64,000 nt of DNA, taken from NCBI GenBank assembly GCA_003693705.1, contig RBZT01000672.1, positions 124,001 to 188,000 of the forward strand. The letters run 5' to 3'. Each line of letters starts with the position of its first letter. Positions within the stretch are counted from its first letter, which is position 1. The notes below the pieces were generated by a model. The model made no database searches, had not been told where the DNA came from, and worked only from the letters and a program-made list of their open reading frames with translations. Below are positions 51,482-64,000 of this stretch, piece by piece. The position numbers and the translations under genes were made by a program. Origin of the DNA: Polymyxa betae A26-41 (Eukaryota > Protista > Endomyxa: Phytomyxea).

Positions 51482-53219
51482 ATGATTCGACTGCGATCGG
51501 GCGGGAGCATTCGACATGTCGTATCGCTGCCATGGGCGTCGGCGAACGCAGTAGTGAATGGGACGTCGATCCAAGCCGGCACCGCTGCCCTACGTCAGCG
51601 ACTCGCTCGCCGCCAGCTGGTCTCTGAACCGACATGGATTGCTGCTGCCCTCCTGATTGCCAATCCCAGGCACCAGGCCAATCGGTGATGTTGGGTGTCT
51701 CACCTGGTCCTTTACATGCTGCTGCTCGCTGGGCCGTCTGGCAGCACGGCGGCGTCCTCGTCCCCGTTTTCGAACGTAGCCCGCGCCATCAGCTTTCAGA
51801 GCAGCTTCAGCGTACGAACGCCCAGCTGATCATCGTCGATTCTCGTCATCGAACATTGCTCGAGCTCGCTAACGATGCCTGCATCGGCTCGATCAACATC
51901 GACGATCTACAAGATGCGGGCGCCGCCGAGCCTCTCAGACAGGCTGAGATCAGGTTGGACGACGTCGCCCAACTGTTGTTCACGAGCGGGACAACGGGAC
52001 GCCCCAAGATCGTCTGCCAGACACATGGCAATATCGCGGCTCAGATCGAGTCGATCAGCGAAGCCTGGAGCATTGACCAGCACGACCACGTCCTGCATTG
52101 CCTGCCATTGCACCATATTCATGGGATTGTGAATGCACTGGAATGCCCGTTATGGAATGGGGCGCAGGTCACCATGCTGGACCGATTCCAGGCAGAGGCG
52201 GTCTGGGCGGCATTGCGATCGGATTCGAGTTTGAATGTGTACATGGCTGTGCCGGCCATGTATGCGAAATTGATCGAGGCGTTCGACAGGGTATGGCAAA
52301 TGATTGGCCGCATTCTTGTCGGATTAATAGCTACTGGTAGATGAATTCACAGCAGCAAGCAGAATGTCACGAGGCGTGTCGGCGCTTTCGTCTGATGATC
52401 AGCGGCAGCGCGTCGCTGCACGAATCGATTCTCAAGAAATGGGTTGGAATAAAGGGCGACATTGATGCTGCAGTTTATGCTGATGGTTGATATCAGGAGG
52501 AGATCTCAGGCCATGTTTTATTAGAAAGGTATGGTATGACTGAAACGGGCATGATCCTTTCCAACCCGTTGAATGGTCATCGGAAGCCCGGTTATGTAGG
52601 CAAACCGATGCCGGGCATTCAGGTTGTAACCAGAAGGCGATGCCTGAATGCATCTAACGTTTTTAACTTAGGTGAAGACAGATTCGGGGGAAAAGGGCGA
52701 CGAGCTTCTAGTGAAAGGACCAGGCGTGTTGCATTCATATCTGAATGATGACTCCGAGACGCGAGCCGCTTTCGACCACGACGGATACTTCCGAACCGGT
52801 GATATCGTCAGCCAAGATGACGATGGCGATTATCGGATCGTCGGCCGTGCTAAAACCGACATCCTGAAGACAGCTGGGTTCAAAGTTTCTTGTCTCGAGA
52901 TCGAGCACACTCTTTTGGAGCATCCCGGTCGTACCGCCCCCTTCCGGCCGTCTTGTTTCTGATATTGTTGTGCGCAGACGTGGCTGATTGTGCTGTGGTT
53001 GGTCTACCGAACATCGTCTACGGTGATATCGTCGCTGCCTTAGTCCAGATGAGAGACGACTCGGCGACCTCGACCTCGTCATTGAAGGCGTGGCTGGCGA
53101 CACGCCTGCCTTCATACAAGCTACCCAGACGCATCCGTCTCGTAGCTGCCGTCCCGAAGAACGCTGTGGGCAAGAACGACAAAGCCGCAGCCAGGAGCCA
53201 ACTTCTATCAGAATCATAA
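51482..53219 (+). CDS. ACSF3: Malonyl-CoA synthetase-like acyl-CoA synthetase (ACSF3/AAE13/MatB family), possibly mitochondrial
   Basis: [46 protein letters not shown] (ACSF3/MatB signature), [31 protein letters not shown] and PKNAVGK. The N-terminus is Arg/Ser-rich and lacks acidic residues. Confidence 0.88.
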
Positions 53220-53567
53220 AACCCGCTTTTTCTGGAACATTTGAACTGCCGAGCCGATCCCGAATGCGATCAACAAAGTGGCCACGATCCGCAATCTTTT
53301 CGCCAAGCTGGAAGCACGGCCGACCGTGGCCGTTACCACCGGGCATGAAGTTCGCTTTCATCGCATTAGTTGACCGTCCTATAGAGCGTGATGGCTCGGC
53401 GGTCAGAAAGTCGTGGACGGTATTTGGTGGTGTGACGATTGTCCGACCCCTTGGCCCCAGCTACTACCCCAACCCCCGACCGCAGCTTCATAATGCAGTG
53501 GCCACGACACCCGTCACAGACGTAACGCAATCGCCCAGTCCGAAAGACCCCCCGCGCGCGCCCCACA

Positions 53568-53588
53568 GCGTGACGTCACGCGATCGCG
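53568..53588. promoter_or_regulatory. CRE-like (TGACGTCA) 14-bp palindrome overlapping a 10-bp palindrome, ~100 bp upstream of the kinase ATG
   Basis: gcgtgacgtcacgc overlapping cgcgatcgcg in a GC-rich intergenic region. Confidence 0.35.
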
Positions 53589-53678
53589 CACCCGTTGATC
53601 GATTTAGTCTGGTTTGTGGTCTCTTTGCATCAAACGGGTGGCGATCTCGTTGTCGTCGCCCGGCTCCTCGACGCCGCG

Positions 53679-54883
53679 ATGACTGGCCTCTCCGGCCTGA
53701 TCCGTTCCGTACTCTGCGGGCTGAACGCACCCGAGGAGCCCGAGGTGCTGGAGTCGCCCATCCCGCATTACCGGCGCACGGACATCCACAGCGACTACAA
53801 GTTCGGCAAACGCCTCGGGCAATGCGGGACGTTCGGAGAGGCTCGCGCCGCCGTTCACAAGAAGACTGGCCAAGAAGTCGCCATCAAGATTGTACACAAG
53901 CACAAATGCTTGCTGAAGATGCTTCGCAATGAGGAAGCAGCGCTGAAGGTCATGCAGGTATCCATGTATTCGGATATATCCAAAGCTGCAACAAATCTGT
54001 CTCGTAGCATGGCAATATCACCCGTTTGTTTTCGGTCTATGAGGATCGCAAATCCGTCTACTTCGTTCTGGAGAAATGCTCGGGTGGCGATCTGATCGAT
54101 CAGATTGTTCAAACTGGCAAAGGCCGCCTCGCAGAAGAACGTGCCAAAACCATCTGCTGTGAACTGGCTCTTGGTATTTCACATCTGCACAAAAAGGGAT
54201 TCGCTCACTGTGATATCAAACCAAGCAATGTCTTGTACGAGTATAGCGAGAAGCGCTCCTGCGTTTTGCCCTCATCGTATTGAGCAGGTTCCACAAGGAT
54301 GAAGTGAAGCTCATTGATTTTGGGGTGTCCCAGATGATTGGGCCGGGATGCATGCTTCATGCTGAAGTTGGATCCCCCTCATATATGGCTCCTGAAGTAA
54401 GGGATTGACTTCGATTTATTTGCCGGCGTTAATATGGCATGTTTCAGGTCTTTACGGGTTCATATACGGCGGCCTGCGATCTCTGGTCTCTTGGCGTTGT
54501 CCTTTTTGTGATGCTGTTCGGATTCAACGCGTACGCGACATTTTTGTTTTAATGTTTGTTGATTTCTGGTTGCGCTTGCTGTGTTGCTATTTCGTCCACG
54601 ACTTGGGCCAAATGTCTTTGATCCCAGATTCAATCCTCGCGCCGAATCGGAATGCTGTGTGAATGGCGCCAATGCCAGTGTTCATCGTAAAATCTGCGCT
54701 CGTGTTCTTCGTGGATTCGACTCCACCACCCGCGACGGTTATGGGGCCTTCTTTCCCAGCTCGGTCCCAGTATCGTCCGAAGCCAAAGAAGTGGTCGCTG
54801 CGTTGCTGTCATCAGATCCCTGCAAACGCCCATCGGTCGAGGATCTCTTGAAGTTTTCTTGGTTCGGTGCCGCATATGCATGA
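53679..54883 (+). CDS. Ser/Thr protein kinase, CAMK-group-like, with atypical motifs
   Basis: LGQCGTFG, VAIK, NEE, HGNITRL, FAHCDIKPSN, IDFG, GSPSYMAPE, CDLWSLGV and KRPS; four introns. Confidence 0.92.
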
Positions 54884-55040
54884 CCTGATTGCAAATGCCA
54901 ATCGTGTGCTGATTGTCTACTACTGTCCTTTTGCTGCTCTGTCTGCGAATAAAGTGCAATTTTGTATATATTCATGTGATAAAGCCCTTGAATCTGGCAG
55001 GATATTATTGTAATAAACAATATCTTCTCAAAGCTCTAGA

Positions 55041-57761
55041 ATGCTAGATGATCCCCGGGTGAATATTTTGTGCCCTCGATCGTATTTAGGCCTGAATTGG
55101 AAGGACATTCTGCGCCTAGTTTTAGGAGCCCAGCAGTCTAATCGAGACCCCGAATCTCACAAACCGCCTGATCATTCTGCACATGCCAATGTTACTAAAG
55201 GCAATCATGGGTTCGGCCATTGATACACGTTGGCATTGTCATGATTCCAAATACATACAGGAACGTGAAGACCGGGAAAACTCGCTCTCGACAACAACGT
55301 TTGAAATCGTATCGTAAAACTCTGGTAACATGTCCCCCATGTCGCTGTTCATTGCTATCAGCATTGGTCTCATTTCATATTGGTGTGTCTAGACTAAGGT
55401 CTCCAATACTTATCGACCTCTACTATCATTTGTGAACTACTCGTCGGGCATTACGCCAGCCCTGGCTGGGAATGTCACCACCGCCCGCCGCCAGTATCTC
55501 TACGTCACACAACGACTTGTTGATCTGACCCGGTCGACGTCGGCTGCGTTCTTGTCCAGATATACAAACCTATCCAATACCCATCGATATGGGTCATTGG
55601 TGCTCACGTACATCGCTTTCTCGATTCGTTCTTTTTTAGAGCTGTCCAGATGCTTTCTTTTGGCCAAAATATTACTTCCTGTCGCATTTGATTTGATCGA
55701 AACATTTTTCAGAAATCAAACTGTTGTAATTTGGAAGCGTCCCGAACGCCCACATCGGTTGCTGTCTGCTCTACCTGATATGGGATTCTACATCTCAGAA
55801 TTGATCGAATATCGAGATCTGTTTCGTCACATTTGCAAGCAATGCCGAGGAGCAGGCGATGTTCGCGGCCAACAGCAAGAGCATTCTCTGGTCCTGACAC
55901 GGGCCATGTTCAAGCTCTGGGTTTATCAACATCTGGTTCAGGCAAAGTCCAGAGAATATCACTGCAAGTTGATCCATTATCTGAACTTAAATGGCAGGGC
56001 CTCGCTAGATTTGCTGTTAAACCGCTTCTTTGACCAGTTCGCCTCAAGCCCCTCGCAAGGTCATTCGAGATTTTCATATTACCCGTTGTTTTCAAGAAAA
56101 GTTTACTTGTTTAAGTTTCCACTTTTTCCATTGAAATCAGGACTTCAATTTATGTCAATATGCGTTAGGTATGGATTTTACTGATTACTTCTTCATGATC
56201 GCCCTGTTAAGCAAAGGCGGATCCTCTCCTGGGTTTCAATGTGCTTTCGACTGTAAGTGGGACTTTCTTTCGCCGGCATTGTCTAACCCAGCGATCAGCC
56301 TACGACTTGAACGGTGACGGCAGTGTCGACAGCCATGATATATTCGCTGCAATCTTCCGCGGCTATCAATATATTTTGGGCAATGACATTTATGCTCTTG
56401 CTAAGGTTTGTACTGGCCGAAGCAGCTGGTCGACAATGTGACGACATTTATAGTGCGTTTCCGGGGGGTCTCGTGAGCGCCCAGCACTGGAAAACGGCCT
56501 TGAGCGCGATGCTCCGGTGGTTATCGCCTTTCAGGATTTCTACAGCGCCAGCTTAGATGATAGTGAAACTGACCTAGGTAATGATTTCTCCTTAATTGCT
56601 CGCACATTCGTCGTTTGACGAAATGGCTTGGTCTTCTTGCAACAAGTTTTGCTCAAATGCTTTTGACCGTTTCGTTTTATAATTCGTACGTAGTGAATTA
56701 TGTTAATCCTTTGTTAACATTTAGGAAAACTGATTCTGGACGTATTCTATCGTCTATTGCGAACTCGATCATCAATTCAGATTTATTCCACATCAGACAC
56801 CGTATCGCTCATGCAGAATTCGGATCGTCTCCCGCCCATTCATAAACGACGTACTGCTGATCGGGCTGTCTCCAGCATGATCCTCCCTGACATTGCTCAT
56901 CTTACGGTTTGTAACGATCCGCTCCGGATTCTGCTCGGCAACCGACCCCATTATACTTCAGTCGGAACAAATGATGGGCCTTAAATCGATTTTCGACCAC
57001 GCTTGTCAGTCACCAACATCTGAAGAGATGTCACGAAAGGCGCTCGCTGATGCGTTGCATGTTTTCCTGAACGATGCCGCTGTTGTGAGCGATGATGTCA
57101 TCTACGAATTTCTGACACTTGGTTGGATAGCTGGGTAACGATGCTTCATGGAACTGATTTCAGTTCAGGTTTTGACCAGAACCGCACCTGGGCGTTAAGT
57201 TTCACCGAATTCGCCCAGCGCATCTCTGAATTATATTTCGGGTCTGCAGTAGATTTGCATCGTATCGTATTTCATATGATTGATAAGAACAACGACGGTA
57301 TGTATGCCCATTGCTTGACCATATTTTTGAACCGTATTATAGGACAATTGTCCTTACCAGAACTCTATTCGATCTTGGAAGATCCGCGAGTGTCACCAAT
57401 CTTGAGCAAAGATATTGAACCACTGATGGATTTGATCGTCAGCAGAAATCACGATCCGGACAAATCCGAAAACGTGGTATACTGGAGTAGTTTGCGATTG
57501 TCGGTTATTTGATTTTAGCTTCGGCCTTTATCTTTCATGACTTTTAGAGCTCAAAATTGTTTACTGAGATTGCAGGTAACCTTTCATGACGTGACCCGGA
57601 TATGGAAGAAACCGCAGGCGCTTTCAGTGTTCAAGAAGGACATCTGGGAGGCCATTGAGCAGCATAACGAAAAGTCTACCGGTGATGAACCTCCAGTGTT
57701 GGCCGCCAGATCGGCCCGCGCCATCCCCATATTACTTCCGCCCATCCTGAAAGTAGATTAA
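55041..57761 (+). CDS. Multi-EF-hand calcium-binding protein (NCS/CBL/calaxin-like lobe plus a second EF pair); start uncertain
   Basis: MDFTDYFFMIALLSKG..AFDSYDLNGDGSVDSHDI, GFDQNRTWALSFTEF and FHMIDKNNDGQLSLPEL. Confidence 0.7.
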
Positions 57762-57916
57762 ATATTCTAGGCATTGAGCACGGGACTTTGGAGAAAACAT
57801 AATCTGTATTTGGTAGTATTCGATTTGCGTATGCTGCTGTTTTGACAATATGTAATCTGAAGGCATTTTAGAACACTTTTTATTCTCTGTATTTAGTTGT
57901 GTTTAGTTATCGGTTG

Positions 57917-59605
57917 TTATTCGCAAGCTATTTTATAATCAAAGCTACTCAATGCAATTGCAAAGGCTTGTAAAGGGGTCAGAGGCGCTCTACATCTCAT
58001 ATTAGTATTGCACACTGACTGCCATAATTGCACCTACCTGAAATCCATAGTGAAATTATCTTTGGCGACACGTCCAAATTGCATAACGACAACGCTGTCT
58101 TGCGCCGAAGGGGTCACATTCGTCTGAGCTGGCGCATGACATCCCGTCTGAATCAGCTGGAAGTTCTTGACACTCGCCATTGTGACGCGCCCATTGAAAT
58201 TCAACACGTAGGCGCCGACCTCTAATTAAATACCTGTCAGGTCGCATTTCAGCACAAACAATAGGGAATTACGATCGCTCCATTTCGGAGGTTTGTTCTC
58301 CAGACAGAGGATCTTATTAGAAATTAAATGTTCTCCGCTTTTGAACGCTTCCAAGAGCTCGAGTTTGTCGCTGCTTGCCGATCCTCTGCAGCAATCATCA
58401 GGACAATTGTTGTTGTCAATTGAAGGGAACGCACTCGGAAGGCAGCAAAACAGTCATCTTCCTGGGTCCCCGAGAACCCAGAATATTTGACTGATAAAAG
58501 ACGCATCCAAGCTCCTATAAGGAATGGTTTACAAATCGATGTCAATGCAACGTTTTATACCTTTCTGGATGTTTTTGGAGTCATTAGCGAGTCTTGGGTT
58601 GCAGAATCTTTCGGTTTCGCTCCACTATCATAAATGGTAAATTCAGTCCCGATGAAATTCGACCTGTTCCGTTTTTGATCAGTCATGTCGGTGACAATGG
58701 GTTTATCAAAGGCGAACCGTAGTTTCCCCACGAAATTTGAAGAATCCTTATTGAGATCATGGGTATCTTTGGAAATGAGATAATTTGAAGATTTGTTCTT
58801 AGTCCTGTACAGAAACCTGTCATCAACCACAACTAACCCTGCACCATTGCAACCTTTTCTTTGCTGCCAAAATGAAGTGATCGCCGTTCTTCAAGTAGAG
58901 CTCGTATTTTGGATAGAGGCGGTTCTTTAACCCGCTACGTTGCCTAATGATGTAGCATTGAAGCTGAGCGGACGGTGGGCTACAATAGCGATCATTTCAG
59001 TTGGGTCCCACAACATATAATGCTGGCTCCAACCTGTTCAGAAACCGGTTCATATCCTTAAAATCGATATCGCCCGGGGAAAGCGCTGATGATGGATCAG
59101 GTTCCATAGCGTTGGTATCATTGGATGCGGTTGGGTCAAAGATGGGCTCGATTGCGTCCGTGCTGCTACTGCTTCCTTCCGAAGATCTTCCTTTCCCATC
59201 CTGCTTGCAGTTGAATTCAGATTGACCTTGTAAAAAACACCGATTACATCAGTGAAATCATCGGCCACTGAGCTGCTCTGCTTCTTGACGATACGATTGG
59301 TTGGGCTGGAGCCAATAACAATCGCTGTGTCGTCACTCGTCATCTTTATGCTGGAGGCGCCCGCCATTGCCGCCTTCCTGGCCTCTTTCTTTTTTAAAGC
59401 TAACGCCCTGGAAATAGCTTCAGTTCCTTCTAGAAGAAAATACGTTTGTGGTTGTTGTAAGATACCGCTGCTCTGCGAGGATATCTTTCATTTTGTTCTT
59501 CTTATCGTCATTGTTGATTGCCGACGCATCTGGCTGGTTTGGCGGCGATCGGTGAGACCCGTCACTTCCATCAACATCATCAAATATATGTTTATTGACA
59601 AACAT
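57917..59605 (-). CDS. Tubby-like protein (TULP family)
   Basis: [102 protein letters not shown] and [19 protein letters not shown]. Confidence 0.95.
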
Positions 59606-60031
59606 GCTGGCAGGAGAAACGATGGGGAACGATCAATGGCGGAACCAAAACGATGATGAAGAGCGATCTTGATCGTCTCCGTTGTACCCACTCCAATGTT
59701 ATTTTCATAGATCATAATAGTGTTAAAAAGGCCAGATGTACTTAAGCTATTCTGATTCTCTTACGAAATCCCCGATGCTGGCGTTTTTCATTGCATTTCA
59801 GCGCAAAGGAGGCAGGCAGTCAAACTTGAGCCTTTCTTAAAACTCAGAAGCAGAGCAATGTTCTACAACCTCGGATGTCAGAGTGAGACTTACTATGTCG
59901 ATTGATAACGACCCGTAGATATGATGTTTTTCCTCTTTTCATTCATCCCGACTGGTCTAGTCGCTATAAACATATTTCGGCGATATATCAAACCGATTTA
60001 ATCAAATCGTATATGTTGTTTAATTCCTAGT

Positions 60032-63000
60032 TTAACTAATTGTCTCATTTCCGCCAATATTGATAACTGTAGCGAATATATTTCTGAATCTGCTTAAAGC
60101 TCCTGTGTTCGAGTCAGTTGAGGGCCTCGAAGGAGAATGCGATCTGGTCTGCGAAGGAGATGGAGCTCGCGAGTCTGAAGATATGTTCTTGATACAGCGT
60201 GTTGCACGCTCAACGAATGCTGGGTAATGCGGGCATGAGTTTACTAGCATGGTATCCAGGGTCCGCAGCAGACCAGAATCACGTATTGGAGATCGTAGTC
60301 TTACATGACGAGATAATCTGATCGAACAGTTTTGTCAGAAGAACCAACAAGAGTACAACTAGCCTGAAACCTCTGCAAAGCTAATCCTAGTGCATCACAG
60401 CATTGTTCTCTTTCGGGAGATTCTGCTGAGTTTGTCATCGCATGAAGCGCAGCGTCCAGGGCTGACAGCACCTATGTGATCAAATGAGTTCAACAAAAAT
60501 GAGCAAAAGTTATAAACAGAACCTGCAACTCATATAGCTGCATTGAAGTGTGCTCCTCTATTGCTAGAAACGCTATAACCGATGCTGCACCCGTTGATCC
60601 CGACGGAAGTAGAACCGATAGCGAAGAAGGCGATAAGGGATGCTCTTCTAGATCCAGAGATTGGCGACGAAGAACGGTTATCGCAACCTGTAATTCAACC
60701 GAACAAGTCAGTCAAAGTAGATTGTAAGCTAACAAACTATACCTCTGCGACTACTGCAGTATCAATCATGTCCATGAGGAGCTGTGTAGCGATCGACTTC
60801 TTAATGTTAGGAAATGTTGAGAATGCTAGATTTTATATTACGTACACGATTGGCTTCAGTGTGCAGAGACGCCTGGAACGATTGAGACGCTTCAGACACA
60901 GTTAACAACAAAGTGAACATGTCGGGCGTCAGGAGTTCATTCGCAGGGCCTGATTGGCGAACGTGAGATACGCAATGTCCAATGATAGTCAACCAGGCTG
61001 ATAAGAGCCGCCAGTCTCTCATCACATTATTATTAAGAGCGTTCATTACCTGATCGCATTCAGATGTCATTGCATTTCAACTTTTTCAGTAAACCGACCA
61101 CAACTTCAGAAACATTTCTCGAATAAACTGCTGGAGCAATCTTGAACACAGATGGAAGCATTGAAGCAACAGCATTGGTGACACGTTCATCGACACCGAC
61201 GTAATACGACAATATCGACAGCAAAGTGGCGGGCATACCGGGAACTTGCAGTAGGATAGAACCTATTCAGAATTAAGTTCGATTATATCGGAGCATTATC
61301 TAAATTAGTATTACTGGGGAATGTTGTTAAAAGCTTGACGCAAAGTGTTGGAGATGATTGAGCGAAGCTCTGCATTGCCGAATGGCATAGATTAAGTTGA
61401 GCAATACCATCCTCCTAGAAGCACACTGAGATTCATAGAGTAACAAATGATACCAAAAGTTACTCTGCGAGCTGATGAAGCGAAAAGCGCTACAGCGATG
61501 TCCAAATTGGCTGCCACTGCAGTTTTGAAGTCATAAAATTGGTCAAGCAATTAAGCAAAATTGTTGATTACCTATTTTGTCACAGCAAATTTTAACCCCT
61601 CTCACGAACCGCAACCCGCTACATTGTCGGAACTGAACTTGAGCAGCTAATCAACGTAAGCAAAGAGATTTCATATCGACCAACTCCTTACGCCATGATT
61701 GTTGCAAGAGTAATGCAAGCGAGTGAATCGCAAGCGAAGAAGCGCACATGGCGTTCTTAGATGCCTGGCATTGATGGCTGCTTTGTAGAGTGTATATCAG
61801 AACGTTTACGACACCCAAATCAACCTTGGGAGAATTAAGCCGTTTCCATCTATCAGTTACCAGATTGACTACCAGAGATTTGACTCGATCTTCGACAGAA
61901 GAAAGGGCGGATATTGTCGAAAGGGCATATAAGCAGGCTTGAGATGATGATGATCGATTACGTAAGATATCAAAGAGAAGTGGAACTGGATCCTGAGAAA
62001 TCAAGTCAGATTGGCTTAGAGCAATCCAAACTGGTTTAACTTGAATGGGATGTCTTGAAAAAATGGAATGACAAGCACGAATGATTTCTAAATCATGGAA
62101 ATTTAGATCCAAGCATTCAGCAAGCGCAAAGGTCATGTTTTTCGTTAAAGTATTAGCATCTTTAGACAGGATTCGCATTGCTACAAGACATGTAGATCCA
62201 CCTAATGGATTATATCTACGTAGGCACTCCACAATAGCATCGCAATCAACACTTATTGGTGTACTCTGGTCTGATTTACTCAATAAGTAATTTTGACTTT
62301 ATGAGCAATTCTACCACTTACCGTATGTAGCCAGTTCTAAAAGCAGCTCGAGTAGTGGTTGTCCATTTCTTGGAGGGCTTACTTCTTTCAATCGCTGTTG
62401 AATATGCCTTGAAGGCGTCACTCATTATGGGCGTAAGAGCGGAACACGAATTCGGAAATACCTTACAGATGAATCGGTTAGAAACTCATCGATCAATAAA
62501 GGATATGCTTTCACCAAAGCAAGAGCTAGTTGGGCACCATGGTCGGCGAACGTTCCATTTTCCACGCTCAGCCCCTAATGAAACTATTTAACGGCGGTTA
62601 TGTGCTTTATGACGAGATTACGTGGAGAGCCAACTCGACTGGACTCTTCGTCAATTCTGATATAATATCCAGAGTGGATGAATTCCCAATCACCTGGGGA
62701 TGCAGCAGAAGCAGAATAATGTCACCATATATTGACGTTAGCAGCGGGTCTGAATCTGCGACAGCATATGTTTACTCCCATAGTTATAGAGCCACGACTA
62801 CCTTTACGGTCATGGAATGACCAGGATTGGATTACGGCCTCAATCCCGCCCAGACGGATTAAAACAGCTATGGCAGGTGGATGCTTCCAGATTAGATTCG
62901 CCAAAACAGATGAGCAATGCTTTGAAAGTGATACGTCATTCGGGCGACAATACAGACATATCTGAAAGATTTCGGTTATTCAAAACCTAAAGAGGATTTG

Positions 63001-64000
63001 CGACAGATGACAACCGTGATTCCTTTTACGATCTCAACATCTTCGGCGATCGCTTCAGCACCTAGAATATCTCTGAGCATGTAATGCATGAAGACAAGTG
63101 AAAAACTACCGGCAGGCAACGATACGATATGTTGCAAAACTTTCAAAGCTATTTCAGCTTCACCATCATCAAAAACTGTTGGCTACAATGGTCTTAAGTC
63201 TCCAGCGAAAAATATAAAAAAAATATTCTATCGGTACCTTACTACAAGAGAAAAACATTGCTTCTTTGACTTTGATCATACCGCCAGCATTGATGAATCT
63301 TGTTATATTCCCGGTCGAGATTGCGATCAGATAGAGCAGCTGCACAGATTCAACGTCGCTTCCGAGCATTAAAACAATATGACGTAAGTGCCGGCATCGG
63401 GCGATGGATTCTGCATATGACCTGTCTAACATTCTGTGAGTTAGCTCTGACCAGCCGTATAGAGAATCTAAACCTGCTGTAGCTTTATCCAATACGTGTT
63501 TTAGCAGTATTGGGAAATCTGCAGATGTTCCAGGATCGCAGAGCGCGGCCTTGACCAAACGTTTGGCTTCAATCGGTAATCCATCCAATTCAGGCAGCGG
63601 ATCATCTTCATCAGGAGTGTTCAATGGAACAGATCCAATAGCGTCGTGCTTGAAAGCATCGCTGTTTTGCTCCTGCTTTTTTACTGACATAGCAGAATCC
63701 TCCTGACAATGGATCGGCAACAGTAAGGCTAGAGCAACGTTAACGAACCTGAATTTCAGTTGTTGACGAATCCGCTTTCTCAGGCTCGATTGGCGCCCCT
63801 GTCCATTGGACAGGTTTCGGGTGCTGAAGGCGTGATACATGTCCTCTCCACAGTGACTGAATTTTGATTGAAGAGCTCCATCGAATTCGCAGATACCTGT
63901 AAAGCAATCAGGATCAATGTTAAAAGCGTTTTAGCCTGAGCCGACTCACTTTCGAATGGACTGTTGCAAGAAGATACACGCCTTCCTTTTTAAACGGTAT
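60032..64000 (-). CDS. Large protein with at least two IQ motifs followed by a long ARM/HEAT-like helical region; 5' end outside the window
   Basis: Spliced first visible exons read YRLKRKACIFLQQSIRK|YLRIRWSSSIKIQSLWRGHVSR. Downstream ARM-like repeats include FINAGGMIKVKEAM, LIRLGGIEAVIQSW, LGVVNVLIYTL and RATRCIKNI. Confidence 0.65.

Noticed and set aside
52735-53932. Long overlapping ORFs (208 aa on -, 280 aa on +)
   Set aside because: These are shadow or alternative-frame ORFs from GC-rich sequence overlapping ACSF3 and the kinase.
53955-54010. Kinase intron beginning gtatccat as a possible U12-type intron
   Set aside because: It deviates from GTATCCTT and has no TCCTTAAC branch site.
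23584-59605. A ciliary/signalling gene cluster (LRRC6, NEDD1, CNB protein, EF-hand protein, Tubby)
   Set aside because: The genes are interspersed with unrelated housekeeping genes in mixed orientation; this density is plausible by chance in a flagellate.

Overview
Gene-dense, intron-rich eukaryotic nuclear DNA, not prokaryotic. It has about 21 protein-coding genes, introns mostly ~45-70 nt GT-AG, and intergenic gaps often under 200 bp. The ORF track is fragmented by introns, so I rebuilt the genes by splicing by eye; terminal coordinates are approximate where stated. The architecture and flagellar genes suggest a flagellated protist, most plausibly a plasmodiophorid such as Spongospora (inference only). 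Gene order: front-end fatty-acid desaturase (runs off left edge), ABHD1/3-like hydrolase, CPSF1, Tvp15/COPI-associated protein with a WW domain, DDX21-like helicase, orphan type-I membrane protein, cohesin SCC3/STAG, exocyst SEC6, LRRC6/DNAAF11, a hypothetical gene, acetyl-CoA carboxylase, NEDD1, TMEM151-like, a protein with five cyclic-nucleotide-binding (CNB) domains, Nup153/Nup1-like FG nucleoporin, a degenerate EF-hand/polyQ protein, ACSF3-like malonyl-CoA synthetase, an atypical CAMK-group kinase, a multi-EF-hand protein, a Tubby-like protein and a large IQ + ARM-like protein (runs off right edge). I found no rRNA, tRNA, CRISPR array or transposon. The best candidates for new biology are the MGNFC-starting (putatively acylated) protein of five tandem CNB domains with no catalytic domain, the Tvp15-WW fusion, the IQ-IQ-ARM protein and the kinase with non-canonical motifs.
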